From Octopus sinensis (Eukaryota), in the NCBI RefSeq assembly GCF_006345805.1, contig NC_043012.1, positions 12,152,001 through 12,216,000 on the forward strand: a stretch of 64,000 bases of DNA. The letters run 5' to 3'. The position numbers were made by a program, and so were the translations under genes. Within the stretch, counting starts at the first letter, position 1. Every line of letters starts with the position of its first letter. Under the pieces are notes generated by a model, which worked only from the letters and a program-made list of their open reading frames with translations, did no database searches and was not told the origin of the DNA. Positions 12,846-27,289 of the stretch are shown one piece after another.

Positions 12846-13223
12846 GGCGCATGAGTGAGTGGCTGTGCTTACGAACCACATGGCTCTGGATTCAGTTCCA
12901 TTGCGTGGCATCTCGAGCAAGTGTCTTCCAGTATGGCCTCGGGCCGACCAAACCCTTCTGAGTGGATTTGGTAGGCGGAAACTGAAAGAATCACGTCGTA
13001 TATATGTATATATATATATGTATGGGTGCGTATATGTTTGTGTGGCTGTGTTTATCCCAGCCAACATCGCTTGACGGTCGATGCTGGTGTGTTTACGCCC
13101 TCGTAACATAGCGGTTCGGCAAAAGTGACCGATAGAATAAGTCCTGGTGTCGATTTGCTCGTCTAAAGGCGGTGCTCCAGCATGGCCGCAGTCAAATGAC
13201 TGAAGCAAGTAAAAGAGTAAAGA
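12846..13223 (+). mobile_element. SINE family A
   Basis: Colinear with the reverse complement of 10905-11309. Confidence 0.9.
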
Positions 13224-13270
13224 TTATATATGTGCGTGTGTGTGTGTGTGTGTGTATCTCTCTCTCTCTT

Positions 13271-13320
<50 letters not shown>

Positions 13321-13603
13321 TACATATATATACGTGCATATACATATATACATATATACATATACACGTTTGTGTTAGAGTTGTTAAGTGATAAATGCTT
13401 ACGTATTAAAGGATTCAATACCTATCTTGAGTCAATTGTATAGCAATATATATATATATTTATATGCATATTTATATATACATACAGGTATATATATATA
13501 TATATATACATATATATATAGACATATTTGTGTGTGTACAATGTGTATATATATATATTATATATATATATATATAGACATATTATATAGACAATGTGTA
13601 TAT

Positions 13604-13705
<102 letters not shown>

Positions 13706-14830
13706 GTAGGTGTATAAAGAAGGAGAGAAAGAGAGGGAGAGAAACTCTGAGAGAAATGAGACTGCATCAGAGGAGACAGAATTAGCACCAGAGCATATAG
13801 TGTAATAATAGGAAAAATATGAAGAGTGGACAAATATATTTTGGAACGGTATATTTTAGTCCTTATCGGTAAATGTGAGTAGGAGGAAGTTAACTGTGAA
13901 GTATTGATGTGTTGGTGCTGCTTGTGTTGGTGGTGCAGGCGCTAGTGGTGGTGGTTGTGGTGGTGGTGGCTGTGCAGAAGTTGGTGTCAGTGCAGGCGTT
14001 AGCAGAGGTGTAGGTGTTGGTTGTGGTAGAAAGAGGTGTTGAAGGAAAATTCCAACCACTATACATTAGTCCGAGTGAATAAATTAAACAGTTACCTTGA
14101 GACGACCTTGGGATAGTCATAAAATATGCTATGACGAGAAAAGAAGGAAAAAAGATGAACAAAAAAGAGAATGAGAGCAAAAAGAAAGGTGTGGAGAGAT
14201 AAGAGAGAGCACTTGTATAAAGAGTGAGAGAGAGGGAGAGTGAGGAGAGGGAAATCATTTTAGAACAATAGTGAAAGAGAAAGTCTAAGAAAAACATACA
14301 GAGAAAAGGAGAGAGAGGGAGAAATAGATTTTGAGTGTGTGTTTCTGCAATTATATGATAATCATATACAGGAATAAATTTCTAAACTTATTTTAAACAG
14401 CCTCGCCAAATACTTGTGTACCCACACTGCCCTGGTGTTTTGAGACGCAACAAGTCAACACTACTTCATGCACATTATCCCACACACACACAAACACACA
14501 CAAAGACACACACACAAACACACACACACACATACACACACACAAACACACACACATACAATATACACGCTCACAAACATACACATAGGTTGTTGCCTTT
14601 TGCAGTACCACCTACATATTTATCATAAGTAATGGGTTGTGTTATTTATGAAGATGTGCTAATGACAAAAAATAAATAACAATCACATACAAACAAAAAC
14701 TAAAACACGCATATAATACAATATATATATATAAGTATCTGTGTGTGTGTATGTATGTATATATATATATATATATAGATTGATAGATATAGGTATGCAT
14801 ATATATATATTAATGTATGTATGTATATAC

Positions 14831-14866
<36 letters not shown>

Positions 14867-15148
14867 GTACAGACACATGCAAGAAAGTTTACAGAGGCAC
14901 ACACACACACACATACATATACATTGATGTATAATGAATTGTGATCCTTATATAAGTAGACATCTATTTGCAGTTCATCGAAAGATTTCCGATAGAATAA
15001 GTGCCAAAATGAAAATGGTATAAAAAATAATGGGTTCAATTTGTTTCACAAAAATTTTCAAGACGGTGCCCCAGTATAGTAAAACAGCAGTGATTGAAAA
15101 ACTAATAGAAAGAGTAAAAATCCGTCCGGCTTTGTTATCTATCTATCT

Positions 15149-15189
<41 letters not shown>

Positions 15190-15243
15190 TATCATCTATC
15201 TATAGTGTATCTATGTAGATATATATATATATTATATATGAAA

Positions 15244-15312
<69 letters not shown>

Positions 15313-15619
15313 CATATATATATATATATACATACACACACCAATGAATAATAATATATCCTTTATTCTCTCGCATCACGTGCTTATTCTCTATATCTGT
15401 GTACCTCTATATCTCTATAGCTTTTTATATATAAATATACATACATACACACATACACATATAATATAAATACACACATATGTATACATACATGTACATG
15501 CATATACGTACATTTAGACGTATACTATATATATATATATATATAATATATATATACATACTTATACACACACACACACATATATCTATACATATATACA
15601 TACATATATGTGTGCGTGT

Positions 15620-15838
15620 CTGTCTCGCTGTCTATCTGTGTGTTTGTGTTTATCGCCCAACATCACTTGACAACCGATACTGGTGTATTTACGTCCCCCT
15701 AACATAGCGGTCCGGCAAAAGAGCCCTAAAAGAATAAATACAAGGCTTACAAAGAATAAGTCCTGGGGTCAAGTTGTTCGACTAAATGTGGTGCTCCAGC
15801 ATGGTCGCAAAGTACTGAAGCAAATAAAAGTATAAAAG
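15620..15838 (+). mobile_element. SINE family A, 3' half
   Basis: cttgacaaccgat..gaataagtcctggggtc..gtgctccagcatgg. Confidence 0.85.
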
Positions 15839-15875
<37 letters not shown>

Positions 15876-16119
15876 ACACACACACACACACACACACATA
15901 ATCACCTGCTCTAACCGTGCCTTGAATGCCCTTGCTTGACATATCTCGAAGTGTACACCACGTTTTACTGATTCTTACGCTTTTCCACCCCATTCGGGTA
16001 CATACTCAAAGTCACACATGCCCATTTATAGATATATAGTTATGCGCCCATCAAATATACGCGTGTGTGTGGGGGTGTAGGCACATATATGCATATATGC
16101 ATGTATATAGATATATATA

Positions 16120-16575
16120 TTTCTTTTATTTGTTTGTTTGTTTCAGCCATTTGATAGCGGCCATGCCGGAGCACCACCTATCGTCGAAAGAATCGTCCCC
16201 AGGACTTATCCTTTGTAATCCTAGTACTTATTCTATCGGTCTATTTAGCCGAACCGCTGCGTTACGGGGGCGTAAACACAGCAACATCGGTTGGTGGTGG
16301 GACAAGGGATGGTGGTGGGACAAGGGATGGCGGGGGGACAAACACAGACACACAAACATACACACACACACGCACACACACAAACACACACATACACTCA
16401 CACATATATGTTTACGATGGGCTTCTTTCAGTTTCCGTCTACCAAATCCACTCACAAGGATTTGGTAGGCCCGAGGCTATAGTAGTGGACACTTGCCCAA
16501 GGTGATACGGAGTGAGACCGATCCCGAAACCAAGTGGTTGGAATATAAGCTACTTACCATACAGCCACTCTTGCG
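16120..16575 (-). mobile_element. SINE family A with internal 17-bp triplication (ggtggtgggacaaggga)
   Basis: Colinear with the family consensus; triplication at 16293-16341. Confidence 0.9.
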
Positions 16576-17061
16576 TATGTGTGTGCGTGTATGTATATAT
16601 ATATATATATATATAGGTTGATAGATAGATAGATACATACATAAATGCTTACAAAATCCTCCACACCCGTATATATTGACCGTTGTGTCATAATTTCGGC
16701 CAAATGTAATTCTATGTTTAATTCACCATCATTTCGTTCACTCTCTCTATCCTTACAATTTTGCAACTTTCTTTCGCCCCACGCTGCTTATCACATCACC
16801 CTCTCGCTGCCCCCCACTATCTCTTTCTGTATGGTATAATTGTTCTTCTTATATCACTCACTCCCGTATTACGCTATCCCCAAACTTATTTTGCCTATGT
16901 CTCTCTCGATATGAATGTGTAATATGGACACACAAACGCACGCAATCATGCACGCTCACTCATACAGAGCAATAGCAGCATATATTTAGAGTTAGATCGA
17001 TAGATATACATATACGTGTAATGTGTGTGTATGTGTGTGTGTGTATGCGTGTGTGTATATA

Positions 17062-17100
<39 letters not shown>

Positions 17101-18318
17101 TATATATGTTTGTGTGTGTGTATATATGTACTCTTCATTCTTTTCCTTGTGTCAATCATTTGACTGCGGCCATGCTGGAACAATCTCTTAAATTTTGATA
17201 ACATTGTCTAAAGATCTCTAAAACAAAATTACCCAGGGAATCATTTGAATTTAAGATAAAATAGCTATTTAATATAAGTTACAAACTTATAATTTTAGAA
17301 AATTAACAATTCTTTTGTCAATGCAGATGCAACTTCCAACAAGGTATTGACTTATAATTTGTCCCTCCACTTAAAAATATTCTCCAATTTTTATTTTGTA
17401 CCATTCAAAAATTGGATTTCGCGGGTTTTTAAGACACACACACACAAACACACACACACATATATATATTTGTATGTATTTATGTATATATATATATATA
17501 ATATATATATGTGTGTGTGTGTGGGTGTGTGTGTGTTGTGTGTGTGTGTGTGTGATGTATATATGTATATAGTATGTGTATGGATATATATATATGTGTT
17601 TGTTTAATATATAATAATATTATATATATTATATATATATACATATAGATTGATAGGTGTTTTAAAATCGAATGAATCAAAACAGAAAATATTCATTCAC
17701 TTATAAATTCAGAACCACAATGGTAGGTTCAGTTGTAACTCCATGGTTGCATAGTTCACTTCCCAGCCATGAGATTCTGGGTCCATATATATATAAGCAT
17801 AATGATGTGATGCGATTATGTACGTATGTGTATGTATATATTGATATGTAGTTAGAGGTGTGTGTGTGAATTCGTGTGTGTGAAAGTGAAAGTATAATTG
17901 AGCAACGGAGTGACAAAATAAGCGGGAAGAAATACAGAGAGTGCAAGGAGTAGGTGATGTATAGAAGGAGGAGAGACATAAGGAGAGAAAGTTTCCCTGC
18001 ACATACATAAATGCATAATCCTCATCTTTGTTATATTTGAGTATATATATATATATATATATACACACACATACACATACACACACATATATTGATAGAT
18101 AGATAGATATACAAATACACACATACAATGCAGACGCCACCTACCGCCTCATAACCTTACACAGTTTGGTGGTCTTGTGACATGGTGCGCAACTAGTCAG
18201 GTGACCTACCTATACCGCCACCAGCCCGTTCTCTCGTTCCTATTCCTCGCCCTCTCTGAAAAGAAGTATCACCAAGCTCCGCACAAACCGAAAGACATAC
18301 CTTCATGTAGGAGTAAAT

Positions 18319-18354
<36 letters not shown>

Positions 18355-18738
18355 ACACACACACACACACGCACACTACACACGCATGCATGCACATATA
18401 TGGCGGTTTGTAAGTCGGTGTGTCCGTGTGTCGATTCTTGTATGTGTGTGCAATAATGAATGCACGTTATATGCAGTTTTCCACACAGCTCATCGTTGTC
18501 AGCTAAACGAGTGACATCTATAATAACACAGAGGTCAGTTCACATTCAGCTTGCATAACTATATGGAAGGGGCATGCAGATGCGTTAGTCAACACCTTTG
18601 TATGTGTCTGTATCTCTCTCTCTCTCCATCTCATTATATATATATGTGTGTGTGTTTGTGTGTGTGTATGTGTTTGTGTGTGTGTGTGGGTGTGTATGTG
18701 CATGTGTGTGCGTGTGTGTGTGCGTGTGAGTGTGTGTG

Positions 18739-18783
<45 letters not shown>

Positions 18784-18934
18784 ATTATTATATATGTTAT
18801 AATTTTTATGTATATGTATGATATATATATATGTGTGTGTGTGTGTATGTAAGTATATATAATGTACACACATATATATGTGTATATTTATATATATATA
18901 TATTATATTATATATATATATATATACGTACATA

Positions 18935-19163
18935 TTCTTTTATTCTTTTATGTTTCACTTGTTTCCAGTCATTTGACAGCGGCCATGCTGGAGCATCGCT
19001 TTTAGTCGAGCAAATCGACCCCAGGACTTATTCTTTATAAGTCTAGTTCTTATTCTCTTATCTCTTTTGCGGAACCGTTAAATTAACAGGGACGTAAACA
19101 CACCAGCATCGGTTGCCAAGCGGTGGTGGGGACAAACACACACACACAAATATATACACATAA

Positions 19164-19231
<68 letters not shown>

Positions 19232-19394
19232 GGCCGGGCTTCCTTCAATTTCCGTCTACCAAATCCACCCACAATGCCTTGGTCAGCCCGAGGCTAAAGT
19301 AGAAGACACTTGTTCAACTCGCTCAAGGTGCCACGCAGTGGGACTGAATCTGGAACCATGTGGTTGGTACTTACCTCACAGCCCACTCCTGCGC
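18935..19394 (-). mobile_element. SINE family A
   Basis: Colinear with 10905-11309. Confidence 0.9.
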
Positions 19395-19907
19395 TTATAT
19401 GTATTGTATATATATATATGTATTATATATATATATATATATTATAATATATATATATATATATATACACATATGTAAGTGTACTTGTGTGCACATATAT
19501 ATGTGTGTATACTTATATGCACGCACACACATACGTATATTTATACATTTTTATAGCGGGAGAGAGAGATAAATGTGTGTACGTATATGCATACACCACC
19601 CTCCCACGCACCCATATTTTTCTGCATTTAACCTTCATTTGTTAACCAGCATTTAAGTAGCTATCGCTGCTTTAATCTTTCTATTTCGTATATTTCTGTT
19701 TTCCTCAGTATCATTTAGATTATTTCTCTTACTATGTAGTTTCTGTATCTGTTATATTTTTATGTGTCAGATGTGTCAGAGTATTGCATTCACATGCATG
19801 GTACTATGCAGACGTTGCGTATAAAAGATACGTTTTCAAAAATTATATGCACTATGGCCCAATCACAGAACCATCTTTTCTAATACACTTGTTTCTAATC
19901 ATATAAG

Positions 19908-19961
<54 letters not shown>

Positions 19962-20008
19962 TATATATATATATATTATATATATATTATATATATTATA
20001 TATATATA

Positions 20009-20101
<93 letters not shown>

Positions 20102-20123
20102 TATATATATATATATCTATATA

Positions 20124-20209
<86 letters not shown>

Positions 20210-20266
20210 CATATATATTATATATATATTATATATATATATATATTATATATATATATATATTAA

Positions 20267-20334
<68 letters not shown>
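19908..20334. repeat. ~430-bp (TA)n array with phase shifts
   Basis: Direct inspection. Confidence 0.97.
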
Positions 20335-20335
<1 letters not shown>

Positions 20336-20599
20336 TATGCTGGCCATTGATAAATTTTTTCCCGAAAAAAATTTTTATCCTACATTAGTTATATATATAT
20401 ATATAGATATGCTGGCATATGATAAATTTTTTTCCCGAAAAAAATTTTTATCCTACATTAGTTATATATATATCTATATATATATGTATACATGATGCGC
20501 CCTCTATACAATCTTTTTACTCTTTCGTTTTTTTTTGTTCCTTTTCATATTCTTTTACCTCCTCTTCTCCCACTATTCTGTCCTATTACTCTGTCACTC

Positions 20600-21066
20600 T
20601 CACTACTTCACTCCTCCTCCCTTGCTCACGTGCGCCCAAGTGACCATCGGCCATCTTTCTTTCTTTCTCACCTTTGTAGTTGGAACAAGGAAGACGTATT
20701 CTTGTTTGTCACCTGTCTCAGCTTGATTTACACGTTCACCACCACAACCACGTTTAGGCTTAGCAGCCCTTCCTGTTTGTTTTCACAGTCCTGTTTGTCT
20801 TACAAATTTTGACCATCCGTAAAATCCGAAATTTTATTTAAATTGCTTCGCGGATGTAACTGTTTTATCGGAAGCGTATATTGTTTTTAAATGCTCGAAA
20901 TACGAGACTAGAAAAACAGTTAACAACTAATTAAGTGTCTTTCTTTATGTTGTTTGTTTTGTTTTCCATTTGTGGCTTTCATTGTTCGAAAGAATAGTTC
21001 ATGTTCCATCTACTCGACCTTCGTATTTTTTGTTGTACACGTTTCGTGACGTCCTGTGCCCATATA
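20600..21066 (+). mobile_element. Penelope-like terminal remnant ending in (TA)n, with degenerate hammerhead-like fold
   Basis: 10-bp stem taactgtttt/aaaacagtta (20857-20922) encloses agcgtata..taaatgct-CGAAA, followed by a T-rich tail running into (TA)n. Confidence 0.45.
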
Positions 21067-21119
<53 letters not shown>

Positions 21120-22234
21120 CCAGTATACGTATGTATATTATCTATATATAATATATATACTTCCATCTCATAATTATTATATCTTATATTATAATATATA
21201 TATATGCATATATATAAATGTATACATATGGATAGTGTACTTGCAGACATGTATAGCTGTTCATGTAAGTCCACATATACACCAACACACACACACACAC
21301 GTATACACACACACATACACACACACACATATATATATATATGCATACATACATGTATATATATACATATATATATATACATACATACATACACATATAT
21401 ACATATGTATGCATGTATGTATATTTTCATGTTTTATGAAGGATTATCAATGAAATAAAATGATTTTAATTTCCATTACACAAAGAAAAATAGCGGAAAA
21501 TATTACAAAACGCAACAGAAACAAATGAAAAATATAGCAACAAGTTATTAGAACAAAAAGAATAAATAATTAAAAAAATCATTCGTTATATTTTTATTCT
21601 TTGTTAATTTTTATTTAATGTTTATTTTTATTATTCTCCTTTATATATTCTCGAAGATAGAATCCTCCATCATAAACATATTAAAAAGAAAATGGATTGA
21701 AAAACTAATTCCTTTTAACTAACTAGCCATCAACTTGTTTACGTCATTTCCGTTCAGCATTTCTGTTGGAAACATGAAAGAGAGGCTGAAAACTTTAATG
21801 AACCTTAATTATATATAATTGATAGAATGTAATCAAATTTTTATCGGAAATGAATTCGTTTCTTGAAAATTTCGATATAAACAATGTCTGTGTGGTGGGA
21901 ATGGTGGAGGTGGTGGTTGCGGTGGCGGTGATGGTGTTGCCTTTACTGTATTCAATGGCAGTAATGTTGGTGATGGCATTTCAAGAGGTTTGGTTGTAAT
22001 TGTTGCGGCGATATAGTTATATAACCATAATGAAGATGGTAACGATGATGTTGATGATAGAGGCGGTGGTGGCGATGGATGTGTTATTGGTGGTAATGTT
22101 GATGAAGATAATGATGATGATGAATATGATGATCGTGTTGCTGATGCTGATAATGATGACGATAAAGAGGACTCTTACTGGTGTGTGAACTGAGCCGATT
22201 GTCTTGCATAGTAGGGGTGATGATAGTAGAGTTG

Positions 22235-22870
22235 TTTCTTATTTCAGTACTGCCCACAAGGGGCTACACACAGAGGGTTCAGGCAAGGAGAGACAAACGG
22301 ATTAATTCGATTATTTCGACCCCAGTGCGTAACTGGTACTTATTTAATAGACTCCAAAAGATGAAAGGAAAAGTCGACCTCGGCGGAATTTGAACTCAGA
22401 ACGTAGCGACAGACGAAATACCGCTAAGCATTTCGCCCAGCGTGCTAACTTTTCTTATTTCTTTATTGACCCACAAGGGCCTACACACAAGGGGTCAAAC
22501 AAGGACGGACAAACGGATTAAGTCGATTACAACGACGCAGTGCGTAACTAGTACTTAATTTATCGACTCCGAAAGGATGAAAGGCAAAATCAACCTCGGC
22601 AGAATTTGAACTCAGAACGTAGCGGCAGGCGAAATACCTATTTCTTTACTACTCACAAGGGGCTAAACACAGAAAGGACAAAGAAGGACAGACAAACGGA
22701 TTAAGTCGATTATATCGACCCCAGTGCGTAACTGGTACTTAGTTAATCGACCCCGAAAGGATGAAAGGCAAAGTCGGCTTCGGCGGAATTTTTACTCAGA
22801 ACGTAGCGGCAGATGAAATACAGCTACGCATTTCGCCCAGCGCGCTCACGTTTCTGCCAGCTCGCCGCCT
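22235..22870 (-). mobile_element. Head-to-tail trimer of SINE family C
   Basis: Three units (22235-22450, 22451-22637, 22638-22870), each with GAGTTCAAATTC-type B-box and GCCTTTCATCCTTTCGGGGTCGAT central domain on minus. Confidence 0.92.
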
Positions 22871-23297
22871 GGGAGTAATTCTTGACAACTCGGAGAGTTG
22901 TTTCTTGTTGCTTCTTGTTGGTGTTGGTGGTGTATAGCACTGATGGTTGTTGGAAAGTGACTGAGCAGCCCCGTGGCATTGAGTATGGCATTGGTGATAG
23001 TAGTGGTAAATTGAGCGATAATTGAAAGCGATTGGGATGATAACAACAATAGGAACAATTGGGATAGTAATGGAGCAGTAGTGTTAACGGTATGATTGTT
23101 TTAGTAATGTTAAACGTTGTTGTTGTTGGTTAATCAAAAGGTCAGTTCTGATCGATCAGGCTTAACATATCGAAATAGTTCTTGCCGACCCTACCCCGTT
23201 ATTATTCTATGTCAGTAACCCAATATCATTTAATCCGACATAAACCATTTTTTTGAGACGGCAATGTATGATTTGAGCGACATTTGGCTGCTATTTA

Positions 23298-23337
23298 TGG
23301 TGACTTGACCTGCTATTTATAGCAGGTCAAGTCACCA
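23298..23337. repeat. Perfect 18-bp hairpin (tggtgacttgacctgcta-ttta-tagcaggtcaagtcacca)
   Basis: Arms are exact reverse complements. Confidence 0.95.
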
Positions 23338-23349
23338 CATAAGCATACC

Positions 23350-23542
23350 TATTTCTTTACTACCCACAAGGGGCTAAATGCAGAAGGGACGAACAATGGC
23401 AGACAGACGGATTAAGTCGATTATATCGACCCAAGTGCGTAAGTGGTACTTAATTTATCGACCCCGAAAGGATTAAAGGCAAAGTCGACCTCGGCAGAAT
23501 TTGAACCCAGAACGTAACGGCAGACGAAATACGGCGTGCTAA
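23350..23542 (-). mobile_element. SINE family C, 5'-truncated, with 18-bp TSD
   Basis: TSD tcaccacataagcatacc at 23332-23349 and 23543-23560. Confidence 0.92.
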
Positions 23543-24935
23543 TCACCACATAAGCATACCGTCACTGGCGTGACATTTATTGAGATGATATACTTAAGAA
23601 AGATTCTAATAATTAGTATATACTATAGTTAATGAGAATGATAATAATCGTGACAAAGATCTTGCAGATATTGTTCTATCAGTGCTGCAATAATTGAGAC
23701 TTAGTATCTGTGGTCTTGGTGGTGATGGGGAATGATAGAATGTAGTTGCTTTTTCCCTGTTTGTGAGTCATGATTGTGAAGACATATGATCAAAGACATT
23801 CCTGTCTTGACCAGCTAGTCATTTTCCTAAGGATGTCTACAATTTCATAAAACTATATGTTCATGTGGCCGCTTTTGAAAGACGTGTGTGATCTAGAGAA
23901 AAAATGGCTGATATTTCAACAGGGATGGTAGACTACATAAGTGATCCTTCGTTGGCTTGGATGTAACGACAAATATATATTGATAAATATACATTTGATA
24001 AATCTTATGACTGATACTCACGGTAGTTCAATGCTTGGTGAAGTAATAGGGGTTGGTGATGTTGGTTTTGGTGAAAGAGTGGATTTAATAGAAAGATGAT
24101 GGTCGTTTGGGTTGGTTAGTTGGTGGAAAACGGTAGAAAACAGGAAAATATGATGGTTGACAGAAAAATGATAGTAGACATGTGGAAGTTGTTGGCAAGC
24201 TTGTAAAAGCGTGATGAGAAACAGATGGAACTATAATAAATACTAAGCGAGTGGATCGACGGTAGCAGAATGATAGAAAGGGGTGGCAGGTTGGTTTGTG
24301 GAATACAATGGTAATCTGGGTGGGGTGATAGCAGTAGAGTAGAAGAGAAGTATTGGTAAAGAAACCGAAAAATGCTAATAGCGCGGTAGAAAAACGGTAG
24401 TAAGTTGGTAGAAAAATTATGGTAGAAGTTGCGAAAAGATGTTGGTGGATTTGTGACCGGTGGTGGTTGGTTGATGGAAATATTGCGACAAACTGTCGGA
24501 AAGGTGTGGGTAACATAATAGGAAAGATAACAGAAGTTATGGAAAGTGGGTGGAAATAATATATATATAAAATGAAGGGGTGGCGTATAAAGAGCACCAT
24601 TGTGTTTGTTGTACATTTGCTTTGTTTTTTTACCTTTCCTTAAAGTAATTCGTTTAGCACTCTTTATGTACGTACGTATGTATGTACATCTCTGACTGTC
24701 AGTCGGTCGGCCTCTCGCTGTGTAACTATTTATCTATCTGGCAGTCTGTCGTTTGTTCTATCTGTAGTCCCGTCTTACTATATGGGATCATTGATATGTT
24801 GCCTAGGGATTTCACATATCTGGGAGGTTGTGGCAATTCTGATCTACGTGTAATGTGGCTTGCGGTCTAGAAATAAATGCTCTAAGGACCAGTGCACTGA
24901 CTGCTTGGGGCCTGTAATACTGCTAATCACCCAGG

Positions 24936-25007
<72 letters not shown>

Positions 25008-25012
25008 TACAT

Positions 25013-25044
<32 letters not shown>

Positions 25045-25088
25045 CACACACACACATATATAATATATATAATATATATACCTGGGCG

Positions 25089-25132
<44 letters not shown>

Positions 25133-25141
25133 TACATACAT

Positions 25142-25208
<67 letters not shown>

Positions 25209-25781
25209 CACAAACATGCAAACACACACACACATATAAATACAAAATGGGATATATATATATATATATATATATATCATATCATATCAAACACTTCACA
25301 CTCACGTCTACATACACAATGAGGAACACACGTCCACTAACTTTCTCGCATCCTGCTTACGATATTTGTTCAACCCACTCCCTCACTCTTTAGTCATCCC
25401 ATCATGTATACAATTTTTCACATCCCTTCAATCCTCACTATCACTCGTTATTCATCTCATCATTGCTAGCTCTGACAACTCAAACTCCTACCACTCCTAC
25501 CACTTCTACCACTTCAAGTAATCACTCTATTGCTACTACTCTTACTGACACCATTTCTCCTGCTGCACCTTCTACCGCTTCTTCGACTATTCACACTGTT
25601 TCAGCTTCTCTTTCAATCACATTCCCCCGCTGCGTCTAACACTGCAACTTTCATATTCTTCTACTGCTACCTATACCGCTATTTTCTACTCCCTTTCATC
25701 ATTATTTTTCTCTGATCCCTTGTCATAGTTTTCCCCCACCTATCTGTCTTTGTATTTTCCTCTATGCTTCTCTCTTCCCCC

Positions 25782-25948
<167 letters not shown>

Positions 25949-26054
25949 AACCTCTGTCCCTTGAGGCTTCTCGCTCACATTTTCGACCTTCTTGTCTCTA
26001 ATTCTCCGTCACTTCCTTCTTAAACATTTTCTCCTTTCTCTTCCTCTCTCTCTT

Positions 26055-26180
26055 CCTGTCTTTCTCTAAACGTCTCTCTCTTCTCTCCTGTCTTTCTCTA
26101 AACGTCTCTCTCTTCTCTCTTGCCTTTCTCTAAACGTCTCTCTCTTGTTTCCCGTCTTTCTCTAAACGTCTCTCTCTCTT
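26055..26180 (+). repeat. ~32-bp minisatellite, 4 copies (ctttctctaaacgtctctctctt core)
   Basis: Core repeated four times in tandem. Confidence 0.9.
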
Positions 26181-26411
26181 ACCTATGGCTCTCTTTCTCT
26201 CTTTGTTTTATTTTCATTTCAACAATTAACCAACGAATCAATGAATCAATCAATTCATCTAACCATCTGTCTGTCTGTCTGTCAATCTCTACATGTCTGC
26301 CTGTCTATGTGTCAAGTTACACATTCAATTCATATGTATGTGTTTGCGTGTGCGTATATTTCTATGTGCATACGTGTGTGTATGTCTACGTGTGTCCGTT
26401 CACGTGTGTGC

Positions 26412-26445
<34 letters not shown>

Positions 26446-27141
26446 TATATAATATATATAAATATATATATATATACATGTATATACATACACACACACA
26501 TATATACACATGTATATACATACATACATACATACATATATATATAGTTGTAAGTACATACAGGTATGTGGGTTTGTACACACACACACACGAACACACA
26601 TGTTTTGCTTCTCACTCCCTTCCTCCACCCCTCTCTCTTATTCAGTGAACTGCTGTAACATTTAATTGAAACCATTTATATGATAATCTATTTCCAATGT
26701 TAAGATTATGTGTGTGTGTGTGTATGCATATAAATACTATTTTCTAAATTTATACGCCTGGGCAATTCATATTATTCATCACATTTCATTTCTGATTATA
26801 CTAAACACCCAAGACCATATAATTTTCAATTCGTTGTTGCATATATCTTCATATTTTTCAACGTAGTCAAAGTAGGATAGCTGCTCTGACGATGCCTATC
26901 AAGAAAGAAACACTTCTCCACAACTGGCCACATATCTATTCCAGATTACACTCTTGTTTTGAGATCACCCATTCCCCTACTTCGGCGACGGTTGTAATTG
27001 CAACTAGACTTTGATTACCTTCACTTGAAACAAAGTTAATTTCATAAATCAAAAATTCAATGAATGTTGTATGTAGTAGTACACTCTCATTTCGTTTCTG
27101 TTCAATTGTATACTCCTGTGTAGTTTGTGTCATTTCTCCAC

Positions 27142-27225
<84 letters not shown>

Positions 27226-27289
27226 TGTATGTATGTATGTATGTATGTATATATGTATATAATTTGTATGTGTGTGTGTGTGTGTGCAT

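Noticed and set aside
22235-22870. CRISPR-like repeat array
   Set aside because: Units are ~200-bp SINE copies without unique spacers, in a eukaryotic context with no cas genes.
26886-26915. CTGACGA...GAAAC hammerhead candidate
   Set aside because: Stems I and II do not pair; at most a heavily decayed relic.
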